A DNA stretch of 64,000 nt from Hypanus sabinus (Eukaryota), in assembly GCF_030144855.1 (NCBI RefSeq), contig NC_082731.1:22568001-22632000 (forward strand), in the 5' to 3' direction. Positions 24,893 through 37,984 of the stretch are shown here, piece by piece. Position numbers and translations under genes: made by a program. How positions within the stretch are numbered: the first letter of the stretch is position 1; every line of letters begins with the position of its first letter. The notes beneath the pieces are model-generated. The model searched no databases and was not told the origin of the DNA. It saw only the letters and a list, made by a program, of their open reading frames with translations.

Positions 24893-24931
24893 CACAGTGA
24901 TGTATTCTAGTTAAATGCTCGCACATAAACC
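24893..24931 (+). promoter_or_regulatory. Recombination signal sequence, 23-bp spacer
   Basis: CACAGTG (24893-24899) + 23 nt (24900-24922) + ACATAAACC (24923-24931; 8/9 to ACAAAAACC). Confidence 0.95.
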
Positions 24932-25299
24932 AAATACTGTAGAATGTCTGCTCTGATCGCTGCAGCTAGATATATTTGTATGTTCCTTTTCTGATTGTGG
25001 CTTCAGACCACTAAAAGTATCTGTTGAAGTTTCCAGTACCTTCGTCTGTGAAGACTCAGCAATGGTGTAACCGCACCGCTCTTTCCTATGTCGCAGTAGG
25101 ATGCACAGCCTCTGCAGACTCATTTAATTTGTGATATATACGTTAAGACGGCGTGAGAAATATGAACGGTAAAATTCAAACTGCAATCACTTAAGTGTGT
25201 TTGTGTGTGTGTGTGTGTTCTGCAAGAGAGAAATAGAGAGGCTGTGTATACGCGACTAAATGTTTGGCAGTGTATTGAAACAGAGACAAATCGGATGGT

Positions 25300-26230
25300 T
25301 GTTTTTCCTTCGTTTGCATCCCCTTAGCTTTTGGTCTAGCTCTGCCCTCCAGCCTCATTTATATTGATGAAGGTATGCATTTTGGAGTCTGGCGATGCCG
25401 ATCTGGAAGCTATCTGGCCTCCATTCTCCTGAGTGTCTGTCAGATTGTTCCCGATCTCGGTGAATGGTTTCCTTGCCGATATCACTGCAGTTTTCGGGCA
25501 TTATTCTGTATCTATGTCTATGTTGGTGTGTAGGCCAAATCTGCCTATGATTGGGAAATTTTGATTAAACACTATGGAGCCTTCCTGTCTGCTGTTGGGT
25601 CGCCTCTGGGTCAGGCAGTGTTGCGGCATTAGGTTATTCTCCACATAAGCGTGGGTAGACAGATGTGAGTCTCGATATGCATAACCCAGCTATCTGCTGT
25701 CCTTAAGCGAAGAAAAAAACGGAAAATAGGCGTGATGGACCAATTCCTGGTTGTTTAAGGTTTGCTCTGCGACCATGACAGTAGGCAGAGAAATGGCCCC
25801 ACAGGATTAAACTGCTGAAGTTATAATGCACACAACTGTCCGTGTTGACCCAAAGTTAATCGCTGTCTCCTTTGTTTTGGTGACATTAATGAAGTCATGA
25901 ATTCCATAGATCCCCGTTGCAGGCTCTTTCACCCCCTCTCTATAGGCCTATAACCCACCTCATGATATTTGTTGATGTGTCTCACCATTGCGGTTTCTTC
26001 GACAGATTGAAAATATCTCCTTTTATTCGAGACATTGACCGTGTGGACGTTTGTGGCCCAAGCGTACAGCAGTGTAGTCAACGCACAATTCTGGATGACG
26101 CCCGTGTTAATGATGCTGCAGTTGGTGAAAATGTTGTGCATCTTGTCAATCCGTAGTTTGTTTCTGAGAAGGTCCATCATCGTTTTGTTCAGTTTTGCAG
26201 TAATATACGTAGATCTAGGGTCTTGATGTT
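25300..26230 (-). mobile_element. Rex1-like LINE relic
   Basis: ORF 25929-26180 (IINTGVIQNCALTTLLY..SNKRRYFQSVEETAMV) aligns to the Rex1 RT pattern LNTGAPQGCVLSPLLY...KFADDTTVV; the 5' boundary of the call is weak. Confidence 0.6.
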
Positions 26231-26899
26231 ATAAAACGTATAAAACCATAGATTCATAAAGGACTTCGTCGTTTCAACCTGCATCAGAATCCATAGCATT
26301 ATTCACTATTTTCGTAACTCTGAAACCGAGCTTAAATGCACCATGTAAATGCACCACATAATCTCACGACTCCTTACTGAAGAGGTTTCCTCTCATGTTT
26401 CATTGAAACTTTTGACATTTCATCCCTAACACATGACTTCTAGTTATATTCCCACCCAAACTAAATGAATGTAAGCCAAATTGGGATACCTGCCAATTCT
26501 GGAGAAGCTGGGCTTATGACTGTTAATCGATGTTGAGAATAGCCTTGAATTATAGGCACCCTAACAGTAATTCAAAGAAAAAAAGATACGAGTCTTCTGG
26601 AACAAGCAGTAATAATGCCTCTGGGGGTAAATCATGAATCCCGATAACATGAATCAGGAAGAACTGTTAGACTCACGCTAAAGGATAATTCATGAGTCTA
26701 TTAAACGATTGATCATGTCCAGAACGTGTGATGCCGAACAAAGTTATGTGAAGTTCTTTATCTTCCTGTATAAATACGAGGTCTCCACAATCTGAAAAAC
26801 AGATTTCTGCTGGTGGTCGAAACGGCTGCAAGCTCTCCATGACATCATGTAAATAAACTCTTAAAACGAAACTCGAGGTCAATGGTCTTCTTAGTTACT

Positions 26900-28150
26900 G
26901 TTTCTACGGCAATATCAGTCACAGATCAGTCAACTGCCAGACCAGGAGACTGCCTTATAAATATTATTTGCACCATTTCAGACTTAATTACACCTTTCCA
27001 GCCGATACCTGACCATAACTGCAGAAAATACGCCACATTAGTCCACACCGACGCCTTAAACAACTTTAACGTACCATCCCACTTCTGCAACGTATATATT
27101 CTTGAAAACGAATGTGTCAAAAACTTCCTTTAAGTCCCAATCCGCCTGTGATACAACTTGCAAAGAATTATCAAACTATGATCTCAGATTCCTTTAAGAT
27201 TTCAACCACATTCCTCTGTTTCCTGCCGTTCGTAGTGTAAGATTAACTTTGCTTTTGAGGTGGAGAACATCGCACTTGCCACTATTCTTACCAGTTTACC
27301 AGCTGACCCAGATCTCTCTATAATCCACGACAACTTTCCACGCTGTCTATCAGAACTCAACTTTGTGGTCTTCGGCAAATTTTCTGTCCAGTTAACCACA
27401 TTGACAACCGGATCGTCGATATAGATTAAACACAGCACCCCTCTGGTACTCCAGTATTTACAATGCTCCTGTCGTAGAGGCGACATCTACTCTCAGTAGG
27501 TAGCTTCCCCCACAAAGCAAATGCCTTATACAGTTTAATACGACTGAACTCTCTTGACAGACTTCCCTGCAGGAAGTTGACAATTGCCTTGCTAAAAAAA
27601 TATAGACACTATCCATCGCCGTGCCTTCATAAATATTGCAGGTAGTTCTCTTGAAAAACACAATAAGATTAGTGGAACAAGTCCTCCAAAGATCAAAGGC
27701 GGCCTACGTATTCTATGTCATCGTTGTCTGTCGAAATACCTCTGCAACCATGCACATAAAAAACTCTCCAAGGTAGAGCGACTCAGAAGTTCAATGTACT
27801 GGTTACTGTCCAGTGCGGCCAATGCAATTCATGGCAACTGGAGTGAAAGATACCTAGCTGTAGTTAAATAACTACAGTCGTTCAGTTTCAAAGTTTTTGC
27901 CCATTTGTTACTGGGAAGACGGCAGACGATCCAGAATCAGAATAAGTGAAGTTTTGAAGAAGTCCGTAAAGATATTAGTGAGCAGGTGTGCACACAGCCC
28001 GACTACTTGACCTGAGATATGTTCATGCCAGGTATCATAACTCATATCTATTAGGTTCATTTTGCTGTCAGCTATGCTGCAGACGTGAAGGCAGCGCTGT
28101 AGGCGATTAATATGGAGTGTACATCTATGCGCCCCAACATAGATTAGCGT
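26900..28150 (-). mobile_element. Mosaic of Rex1 and CR1 RT fragments
   Basis: LCAHLLTNIFTDFFKTSL (Rex1-like) at 27908-28050; LIYIDDPVVNV..TTKL (CR1-like) at 27200-27490. Confidence 0.55.
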
Positions 28151-29479
28151 GATAAGCAAGTGATGAGAGGAAAGGGGATATAACTGGGAGCCAGAATTGG
28201 CGAATGGATTTTGAGTAAACAGAACCTGGAACAAATTACGGGGAATAGGATGAAGCCATGCTCATGACATCATTTTAGACGCTACTCAAACCGAATGTGG
28301 GATGTTTCCTCAGGATAGCAGAATAAGATGGCATAGACGTCATCTTGGCAGGGATTTTGCAATTCAATAAAAATGTTTGAGATACATTGAAATCCTTCCT
28401 TTTGCATACCGAACGAATTTGAACCATAACCTGGCCCCACAACCCCCATCGTTTCTCTCTGATGTTGTGCACACAGTAACATAAACACTGCATATAATGA
28501 ATAAGACAAGAAGATGAAAGAACAAAAGAGGATATTTACAACATTTTGGCCAACAGAGATTGGTCCGCTATTTCACGACGAATGATCCATTTATCTTCAC
28601 ATCCCCAAACACACTTCTTCTCCCCATAACACCTTTACCGTAACCAATCAAGAATCCATCAACCTCTGTCTTAAATATAGGAACACATTTGACCTAAGCA
28701 GATATCCGTTGCAAAGAATTCCACAGGTTCCCCACTCTCGGGCGCTTGACAGAGGGGTGATGTGAAGTCTTGTGATGGCATGTTTTAACCCGTAATTTAA
28801 TCCAACCCGCGGTTTCTAACGAAGTCCTCATTTTTAATTTTGATGCAACGTTACTGTTACTGGTCGGAGGTGTGAGGTTCCACCGGTTTTGTTTGTTAAA
28901 GGTTTCGTTTTCCCTTGCAGTCCAGTGTCAGAGAGTAAAAGCATTACTGGAGTTATCCAAGTTCAAAGGTTTGGATAAAGTTCATGTCCTACAGCGTTTT
29001 GGGGAATGACGGATGTTTGACTTCGTTCAGGAATTGTGGCATGCACATTTGAGCTGAGCCCCTGCAAGCTTTGGAAGATTTGTGCAGCTACTATCCTCTA
29101 GTCAAAAGGTGTGTTCTTTTTTATTTCCCCATTTTTATTCCCATGTTAATTTCCGTTTAAGTTAGTTTTTCGTTTACTTTTCTAAGTTTGAGCAGAGGTC
29201 AATATATCTCAGGATTTGTTTTAATCCCTGTCTCAGTTTCATATTCGTTGTTGCTGCATTCGTAACATCGCGCCTGTGTTTGTTTGAATTGCCGAAAGTC
29301 CACCCACTACTCAAGCCATCGAGTCTCTTTTGATAAGGCAGACTGAACACCTTTGTAATTCTGTGCTGCACCCTTATCACCCATTTGCCTCAATCTGATC
29401 TACGGCGACTAGAAGTTCAGTAATTACTGCTGGTGCCGTCCCGCAGTTATAACAGTAGTACCCTATTTAAAATCATGGA

Positions 29480-31000
29480 ATATAGAACAGCACACACAGA
29501 ATAGGTTTTTCGGCCAACAATCTTGCGCCGAACCTTAAACCCTGCCTCCCATATAACCCTCTATCTTAAATTCTTCCCGATACCTGTCTAGCATTATCTT
29601 AAATTTCGCAAGTGTATCTGCTTCCACGCACCAACCGGTCTCTGAGTGAAAAAAAAAAACTTCCTCTAATATCCCACTTGAACTGCTTAATATTCTGTAT
29701 ACCTCTATCATGTCGCCTCTCAATTTCGTTCTCTCCAGAGAGTAAAGTCCTAGTTTGCTTAATCTCTGATCAAAATGCATACTCTCTAAACCAGGCTCAA
29801 GCATGGAACCAACCAGACTCAACCATTTCCTCCAAATCTTCACATACCTTGATGCCTTGCCCTGTTAAGTACCTGGGCTTTCTTAATTCCGGAGCATCGG
29901 GGTTGATATTGCATGCTTTATTTGTAGAATATAGTTTACTGTTAAAACGGCTCCATTGTTCTGCTATTGATATATAGAAGCAGAATTAGGATATTTGAAC
30001 CATCGAATCTGCTGCCCTATTCCATAATGGCAGAATAAATTTTCCCCCAGCCCCAGTCTTCTGTCATCTGCCCTTCACCCCACACCCAAATCCTGACTAA
30101 ACTATTATATACAAAGTTTCGCCTTAAATCTGCATAACTTCTTGCCCTCCACCCCTGCGTATGGCTACGGTTTACAGAGAGTCATCGCACTCTGTCGAAA
30201 TAAATTCCTCCTAATCTTCTTTCTAACAGGATACTGATTATTCTGAGGCTTAATCAAATTTCAAACATCTGTTTGAAATACATTGATTTTTTTTCTACAT
30301 TTGTTCTTATCCATTTGTTTGGAAATATACATGTTCCTCCGAAATCATGATGATTTTCTCACATTTTAAGCATTATTTGGATACTTTGTTGTAACTGTCC
30401 ATTTTTTACTTTATATATAATTTGCATTATTATAAAATCTACGTAATCTCTGAATATTAACATCGTTTAGTTGCAAAAATGATGGATTGATGGTTCATAA
30501 TATCTTGTCTTATTTACATATCGTCTGACTTTCTTTTGGAGTAGAAAATTGAGTAGTCATGTTTGGGACTAAGGGGACAGTATAATGTACACAAAGACTC
30601 CTCATTTAATAGATCTTGTGCTTTCTACAGTATTGCAAAATATTTCAGCCCATACTTTGCTTTCTAATTTACGGGGCTTATAGCTGCTCATAATACTTCA
30701 ATATAGGCTTCAGAGGTGTATTATAAACTCTCAACACAGCATCCCTGTATTTATATTCCAGACGTTTTGAAACGAATGTTAACATCGAACTTGCCTTCAT
30801 CATGGCAGATTCAACGTAACATTCGGAAATCGTGCACAAACATTCCCTATGTCTAACTTTTTGACTTCTACTGTTTATCCATTTTGGAAATTGTTGAAAC
30901 TTACATTTCCTTTACGAGTCACCACACTATATTCCATCTGCCGCTTTTTGCCCTTTCTCCTAATCTGGATAATTCCATCTGTAGCCTCCCCGCGTTCTCA
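29480..31000 (-). mobile_element. Cluster of CR1 3' end fragments
   Basis: LGLYSLERTKLRGDMIEVYRIL at 29535-29843 and CR1 3' UTR motifs at about 29480-30300 and 30520-31000. Confidence 0.65.
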
Positions 31001-32129
31001 AAATTTCTTGTCACTCTACCTACCTTCATATCCAGCAAAGACAATAATTCCATAATCCAAGTCGGTCCCAACATAGTTGTGTAAGTCCACCTGTCACCCG
31101 CAGCCAACCAGAAAAGGCTTCCATTGCTTTCACACTTTACGTCCCTTGAGCCAGCCATTGCTTGATCCATGTCAGAATCTGTGCAGTAATACCATGGGTT
31201 CGTAGCGGTTAAGCAGCCCCCGGTGTGTCGGCTTCTCATGGGCGTTCTGAAAAATTCAAATATATTAAATCAACCGATGGTCCATCCTGAATGCTATATC
31301 TTCAAATATTTCCGACAGATTTGTTAGAATCCACTCCTATAACGCTTTTTTTCTTCTTCTTTTTTAAATCATTTACTTCCGAGCGCTCCTGAAGCACATT
31401 CTTCTCAGCAAAATCCATCATCTTCCTAAACACTGAAGTCAGACTATTAGGATTATAATTTCCATTGCTCAGCCTCTCCACCTCTCCAAAAGTGGAGTCG
31501 TATTTTCTATGTTGCTTTCTTCCAGAAACAGTACAGAAAGTAGTAATACACAAACCAGAAAAGTATGATGAAAATAGCACAGACTGTGAAAAGATGAAAA
31601 GCCAGTTTCAAGAGCCATTGCTATTCTTTTATTAGAATCTAGAAACATCTCTCAACATTGTAAATTATGAATAATTAACCAACCTGTTTGACTCACTGCC
31701 ACTCATTTTTTTTTAAAGCTATCAGCCCTGGAATTCCCCAGATGCAGCAGTCGAATTTTAGATTATGTTTCTATCTTCTTTATTACGATGGATAGATGAT
31801 TGATTTGATTGTCTGGATGATATGCAAAGAAAATCATTTCACGGCAACTCGGTAGATATTACAACAGTAGATAAATTGGCAAATACTGTACATGTGTAGT
31901 GAAGGAAAATGTGACGCTTCGGTGCATTAAAACTGCTGAAATTAATATAGATTTGCCCAATATGGGTGGTTTAATTTTCCTCAATGGGATTTAGTTGACT
32001 GTCTCCATGTTATTCTACATCTATCTAACTGCTGGCCGACATGACGTTCCTGTGCCCATTGCAGAGCAAACACTTACATTTGTTCCGACCGAGCGAGTTT
32101 CATCCTTTGAAATGTAATACAGCCTTTTG

Positions 32130-32600
32130 ATTTTTTGCTGTATTTACAATTTTCTGAGTGCATTAATGAAGCAAAGCTTTCATGTGTTCTTCCAGATACA
32201 CTGTGATGTTCGCCCAGAATTGATTAATGCACAAGATGAAATGGAAAGGGGGAAGTGCAGAGGATTGATATTGGGACGGTATGAATGTGCCCTGACGAGA
32301 ACTGAACGACAGCAACCTGCGAGGCTTCAGAACTTTTGAGCTGGTTCATCTTCCTCATACGCGGTGAGACTCTTGCCTCACCAGTCACATTTTCCTGCCT
32401 ATACTTACGATCCCTACGAATATAGACACCACTCGGTTTCAGGGAAGGAAAGCCCTCAATGAGATCTGTGCGGTCAGTTCTCCAGATAGCACACATTATT
32501 CAAAAAATGTCGCATCGCGCTAATTTATTTTAGGTATTAATGCATTGACATTTCAACGATCATTATCGTTTACCATCAGATCACTGAATCAGCGCGGAAA
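32130..32600 (+). mobile_element. Penelope-like GIY-YIG relic, copy B
   Basis: SALMKQSFHVFFQIHCDVRPELINAQDEMERGKCR aligns without gaps to copy A (195-407) over about 38 codons, with more third-position than first- or second-position differences. Confidence 0.5.
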
Positions 32601-32899
32601 ACTGCAATGATCTGAATAAACTTTAGCTAGAGGTCAGAAGACAATGAACGGCAGATAGAAAAAAAATGTATTTTTAAATAAGCGATGGTATCGAGATCTT
32701 GAAATGGTTATTTTTTGAAAGTTAGTCAATTTGTTGAGGCAATATTTCCATGATGAGCTAAGTGAATATGGTTGAATTTATCCAGTTTGTTTTTTTTCTG
32801 GAAGCTGTTTTCTGTAAGGTAGTAGATTCAATAACATTGTACACTCCTAAAAGAAAAATCTAAATATCGTTAATTTATATTTCTCCCAGTCATTTTAAA

Positions 32900-33280
32900 T
32901 CAATTATTTTATATTTGTCAATCTGGTGGCACAAGCGGTGTGGCCTCAATTCCTTCCTCTCTGTGGTATCAGAGATAAGAAAGATATCCGAGGTGATGGA
33001 CGTCCATAATGATAATTGTTGTTTCCTGCGACAGCATTTCATGCAGATTTGGTCAATTGTTCTCAGGGATTCATTCATAATTTATTGGATCGCACCTGCT
33101 CCTTTTGCAGTTTTCCTTCAAGCATATTGGTGTATCGATACCATGCTGAGTTGTGGTCAGTCAATTTGCTCCTCACTATGTAACTATAGATGTTTGTCAA
33201 CGTTTCGGATGAATGGCCGCATCGCCTCAAACTCCTAACATATTGGTGTTTCTTTCTGCATTTAACAATTTTCCGAAATC
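32900..33280 (-). mobile_element. Rex1-like LINE 3' relic
   Basis: KCRKKHQYVRSLRRCGHSSETLTNIYSYIVRSKLT..SAWY matches the Rex1 C-terminal pattern. Confidence 0.65.
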
Positions 33281-33729
33281 CCTCTCTCTCTCTCTGCCTG
33301 CGGCCAATGTCTCTGTCTATGTTATTTTTTACAACTGTTGCCCATGAAACTGTGATACATATAAACAGACAGTAAGTCGCAGGACTCATGTGTTCAAGAA
33401 CACAGTTTATATAAATACTCAGATTTCTACCTTTGTGTTGCTGTCTTGATACGGTGCAATTTGAACCCCACCTCCATCGTGTTCTCCGTCAATCTCCGGC
33501 TGAGATCCGGAACACTAAGTTGGTGTCATCGGCCTAATTGCAAACGGAGTTGGACCAGAAATTGTCTCCGAATTGAACGTGTCCTCGACGAGAGGATGTC
33601 TCTGAAAACAGAGCACTTCTTGCAGGTTACTAGCAAGTGGCGAAGATGGTATAAAACAAGAGCTTCACGGGCGTTTCGATATTCTGGAGTCCCAATCAGC
33701 TACAGAATGTAAGTTGAAGTACCAGGAGT

Positions 33730-34860
33730 AAAGAGGGGCTGCATTCTTGGAATTAGAGTGTTAGAGTGGGAGTTTCAAGCTTTGACTCAAGGTACTTTGA
33801 CGAGACGAGTCTGAAGCCGAAGAAACAGATCACAAAATTCGGTCTTGGTTTCCCGTTGTGCAGTGCAGGCAAGATGGCAAACATAGCAGTGGAATGCTTC
33901 CTCGGAAGGATGTAGGAATTAATGAAATCTGATACTCCCTGATTACTACACCTGCGTGTAGTGTAGTCAATTCCAGGTCATGAAAGCCGGCATTCAGGAA
34001 CTGGAGTATGAGTTAAATGAACTAAGTATCATTCGGGAGGCAGGGCATTTGACAGATACCTCTTGTGAGTAAGGGGTTACAGCCATTCTGCAGAATACGG
34101 GGAACGGATGGCTTAACACAGAGAGAGATAAAGGGAGAAAATATTGCATAGCCGCCCTGTTGTTTTTCACGTCAGTAACCTTTATCGACCTCCGGGTATT
34201 GCTGAGGGGGAAACCTAATTGGGTAAGGTACAGCAGCCAGACCAATGGTCTTGTGGTTGCATCTGAGCCTCGAAATGGAGCGTGAAGTCAGACGTCAGAA
34301 TTTAGACATAGTGTACTCGGCGTTTTCAGTTCTGGGCACCTAACTATTGGAAAGATGTGGACACTGTAGAGATAATGCAATGGAGATTTACAAGGATAGT
34401 GTTTGGATTTGAGAACATGCTCTAAGGAAAAGAATGAGTGAACGTTGTATTTTCTCCTTCGAGCGAGGAAGGGTGAGATGTGACCAGATAGATGGTTAGA
34501 ACATGTTGAAAATTATTGAATGTGCTGGAAGTTGTAGAATTGATTGTTGTTATTATTTTTTTTTCAGAGGTAAAATTGCAAACGCCTGGGAAATAGTTTT
34601 AAGATGCTTCAGAATAGGTACAATTTGGGATGTTAGAGTTAAGATTTTTATTTCGACAGAAAGCGATCGGTTCTGGAATGCACTGCCAACTCAATAAGAT
34701 CTTTAAAATAAATAAATTTTAAGACATCTTGATAGCTGCACGGAGCTTAGAATACGAGAGAGCTGTGCGGTTACAGAATTCTGGGCAATTTCTAGAGTAG
34801 ATTTCACGTTCGGCACAACATTATGCGCCGGACGATCTATAATGTGACTCAATTTTTATG
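33730..34860 (+). mobile_element. CR1 fragments (5' UTR/ORF1 start and 3' end)
   Basis: MANIAVEC..DYYTCV.C ORF1-like start near 33875; CR1 3' UTR 34280-34860. Confidence 0.6.
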
Positions 34861-34865
34861 GTCTG

Positions 34866-36150
34866 TGTTATATTTTCGATTATGTCCAATCAGTGGTGAA
34901 GATAAGGCTCAGGTATTCTCGTCTATTCTTCAAAGATTGCTTCCTTCAGTTCATTTGCTGGGAGGTAAGATACAGATCTTTGTAGTTTAATACTAGGAAC
35001 AAACAGAAGGCGGTGTTTAGATTTACGAATTTGAAGTGTAAACTATAATCAACAATCTAACTTTGGAGGATGACTGTCTGTTTTGTCTAGAGATGAGAGT
35101 ACGGCAAGTGAGATACCGTCTGCCGTAGATCAGTTTTAGCTTCAGAGAAATCCGAAGGGTCGAGATGCCTGATGGACTGCTGTTGATATGTAGCGACACC
35201 ACCACGTTCTCGAATCATTTCAGAATCATTCACGTGACAGACACTATAAATCGTTATACTTCGTGCTACTGGTCTTCCTAACGCAGGTGTAAACTTCAAT
35301 TTGAGTCCGAAGTAAATTACGATTAGTCACACATAGCTCCCTCACATGTTGGTCTGTGCTGTTGCTGTGGCTTTTGGATATGTGACTCGTTGGACTCTGC
35401 TGACACACGCTGGAATGCAACACGACGGACCTACCTTGCTGTCTTCTCACGTCTCTGTTGTATACGACACGGGTCCCACCAAATGCCTGAACTTCAGATT
35501 CCTCGCCTAAATAAACCTTGATTTTTGTGATGCTGCGTTATAGACTGCAAACAACAATCGTCGGTTGTTAAGAAATAGCAGATTGTACACTACATTCAGT
35601 TATAATAATGTATAACTAAAGTATATATATGAATGTTACGTGAACTGATGTTTTTCTTCAAAAGAAAGAAATAAGAGAAAGTCCTATTTTGCACTGATTG
35701 GAGCTCAATTTCAACATGTCTGTCATTCAGTTACTGGATCCTCGTCTAAGTGAAAACATATGACATCTTCCGATTAATGCTCGAAATCGATCTCATACGA
35801 ACGGCAGTATTAGACCTTCTTCCCTGAAAGATCGTATCTTCACAAAGCACACTATGCAGCAGGGACACCATACTCAGCCAACTTCCGTCATGTCTTCTCC
35901 CAGCTTCCGCCAAAAAACGAGTCCCGCAACCACCAATGTGTTTCATAAATCCAATCCACCAGCATTCTCCATAAATTCTCCCAAAATCACCATCGAGATT
36001 CAATAACACCACTTCCCTGTTGAAAAACAAAGGCCCCTATCTCCAGTTCAAAACCCAAAATAGGCTGAAAACAGAATCAGACAGCGTTTACAGAAAAGCA
36101 AATGTGAAATTTCTCCGGTATTGAAGTAAAATCTTAACCGGGGTGTTACA
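34866..36150 (-). mobile_element. Gypsy-type LTR (probable solo LTR, PNMA-gag family inferred)
   Basis: Starts TGTAACACCCCGG on the minus strand, candidate end ...ATAACA; homologous to 54310-55245. Confidence 0.55.
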
Positions 36151-36249
36151 GTCTGCGCTTACCATCATGCCGTGTTCTCATGTCCGGTGACAACGCGTCC
36201 GAACACCTCTTACTCTATCTGCAAGCAATTGATTTCAGACAGTTCCCCG

Positions 36250-36960
36250 TCCACTTTGTGGCACAAACTGCGCAGCGACTTCACCGAGATGTAAATATAG
36301 GGAAAGATCTCCTCTCTTTCCTCCGGGAATCTGGGCCTAAATTTTAGCGTAGGATCTGCTGCACTTCCAGTCGCCAAACCTTTCCTCCACCGATTGCAGA
36401 TAATTAGTCTTGGCAGCTGATGGATTTGCTGTCTCAGGCAAACTCACTTTATCCGCTGCCTGCTCCGTTTAAGCACTCTGCGCGTTTCAGCTTTTTTCAT
36501 ATTTTCCGGTAAAAGCTATTCATCTAGTAACTTAAAAATCTGCTGAGACCCAGACTCATATTTCTCTTCTCCATCTCGTGTGGGATTGTCAATCTACAAT
36601 AACCTTGTCACTTAGAAAATGTTCCTCTGCCATTATCGACCAGTGATGTAATAGCCGAAATGAATTCAACATGTAAATCAGCAGCTGAAATGCTCAGCGC
36701 ATGTATTACCCTTCCCCAAAAAATGCAAAAAAAAAATAATGAGGATGTCTTTACAGTCTCCGTCCTCCGTAGCTGGAGACTCGACTTCCAATTCGGGACC
36801 TTCGCCAAGTTCGCGGTCTATTTGAAGGCATGGACGGGCCTTGGCCCCGCGTTTCCTGGTAGTCAAAATAAAAGTAGGTAGATCCTCTCCCGTTACTGCA
36901 GCACTTCTGTGATCTATCACGTCATCATTCAGCGCCATTCTATTAAAATACCGTTCCATG
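36250..36960 (-). mobile_element. PNMA-like Gypsy gag relic, copy A
   Basis: Frameshifted homolog of 40250-40726 (AKVPNWKSSLQ..LHVEFISAITSLVDNGRG). Confidence 0.65.
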
Positions 36961-37379
36961 ATCTCACTTCTACTTCGATTTATACAGCGATTTATAAAGT
37001 ATAATCAATAATTCATCTCCGCTGCGGATTTCCACATCTCTCACAACACAAGCATTAGTAAAGGGCAATTTCCTACTCCCATCAATGCTTAAGTTCTGCG
37101 TTTTCTTTAAAAATTCGCCTTAATCACTTTCTCGGATTTTTTTTTTTAAAACAGGCTTAAACACAAACTTACTTGATCATTTTTCAGGACAATAACACAG
37201 AGTTCAAGGAAATCAATCCAGGTTGATAGTTCCACAATGAATCCACTTTTGGTTCGGTAACTCTGGGCCGATTATTCTTTCATATTCGCATCTAAAATAG
37301 TCAGAAGTACATTGAAGTTGGAACTCCATGAGAACTTGAAGGAACAATGCAAAATAAGAAAGTGGACAGATAATTGAAC

Positions 37380-37975
37380 AGACTCACCACCATCTGTGAA
37401 AAGCATTTCCTTCTCATCAGTCCTACATCTCTATCCCTCAATCAGAAGTCTATAGCGCCGTTCTGGACTTACAGACATGTAGTAACAACTTCCCTGCCTG
37501 AATTGTATCTATCCCTTCCATAAATATACATGATTCAATCAGGATCTCCAGTCTCACTTCTGAATTCCTGTGAGCACATACCAAAGAGCCTCAAATTCTC
37601 ATAGTGCAACCGCCGCATCTCTGGAATCAACTTGGTGAATCTCCTCTGCACTGCATCCTCAAGTAAGTAGACCAGAACTGCACACACTACTTCAGGAACA
37701 GCCTCAACAGTACCAGTAACAGTTGCAGCATAATATCCCTGTTCATAAATTCAATCACGCTAGCAATGAGGGCCATCATTCCATTTGCCTTCTTGATAGC
37801 CCACTGAACCAGGAAAACAAAACTTTGAGATTCATGTATAAGCACTCCCAACTCCGTCTGAACAAGGACATGCTGCTTTTTTAACATTTAAGTAATATTT
37901 GCTCTTTCCATTTGCCGTTTACAGTGGATGACCTTGCATTTACAAGCGTTGCACTTGATCAGGCAGAAATTTGCC
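37380..37975 (-). mobile_element. CR1 RT/3' fragment, part of duplicated unit A
   Basis: ELGVLIHESQ..KKANGMMALIA; homologous to 41200-41334 plus 47650-48125. Confidence 0.8.
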
Positions 37976-37984
37976 CATTCGATT

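Noticed and set aside
28843-29100. Leader-like TLLLLVG|GT, 51-nt intron, CAG|TC CAG TGT CAG (VQCQ) and later LEDLCSYY
   Set aside because: Start codon is out of frame, the intron is very short, and there is no Cys23, WYxQ or RSS
32150-32620. V-pseudogene readings of the 32-kb block and its paralog: plus strand leader-like LLSWFIFLIRG|GTGAG and SLSFTIRSL; minus strand YRQ and FPLSISS..NSG, plus a CACAGTG at about 32197-32203
   Set aside because: Spacing does not fit a V domain, there is no nonamer, third-position bias runs through the supposed intron, and a Penelope GIY-YIG reading explains the codon signal better; not fully excluded
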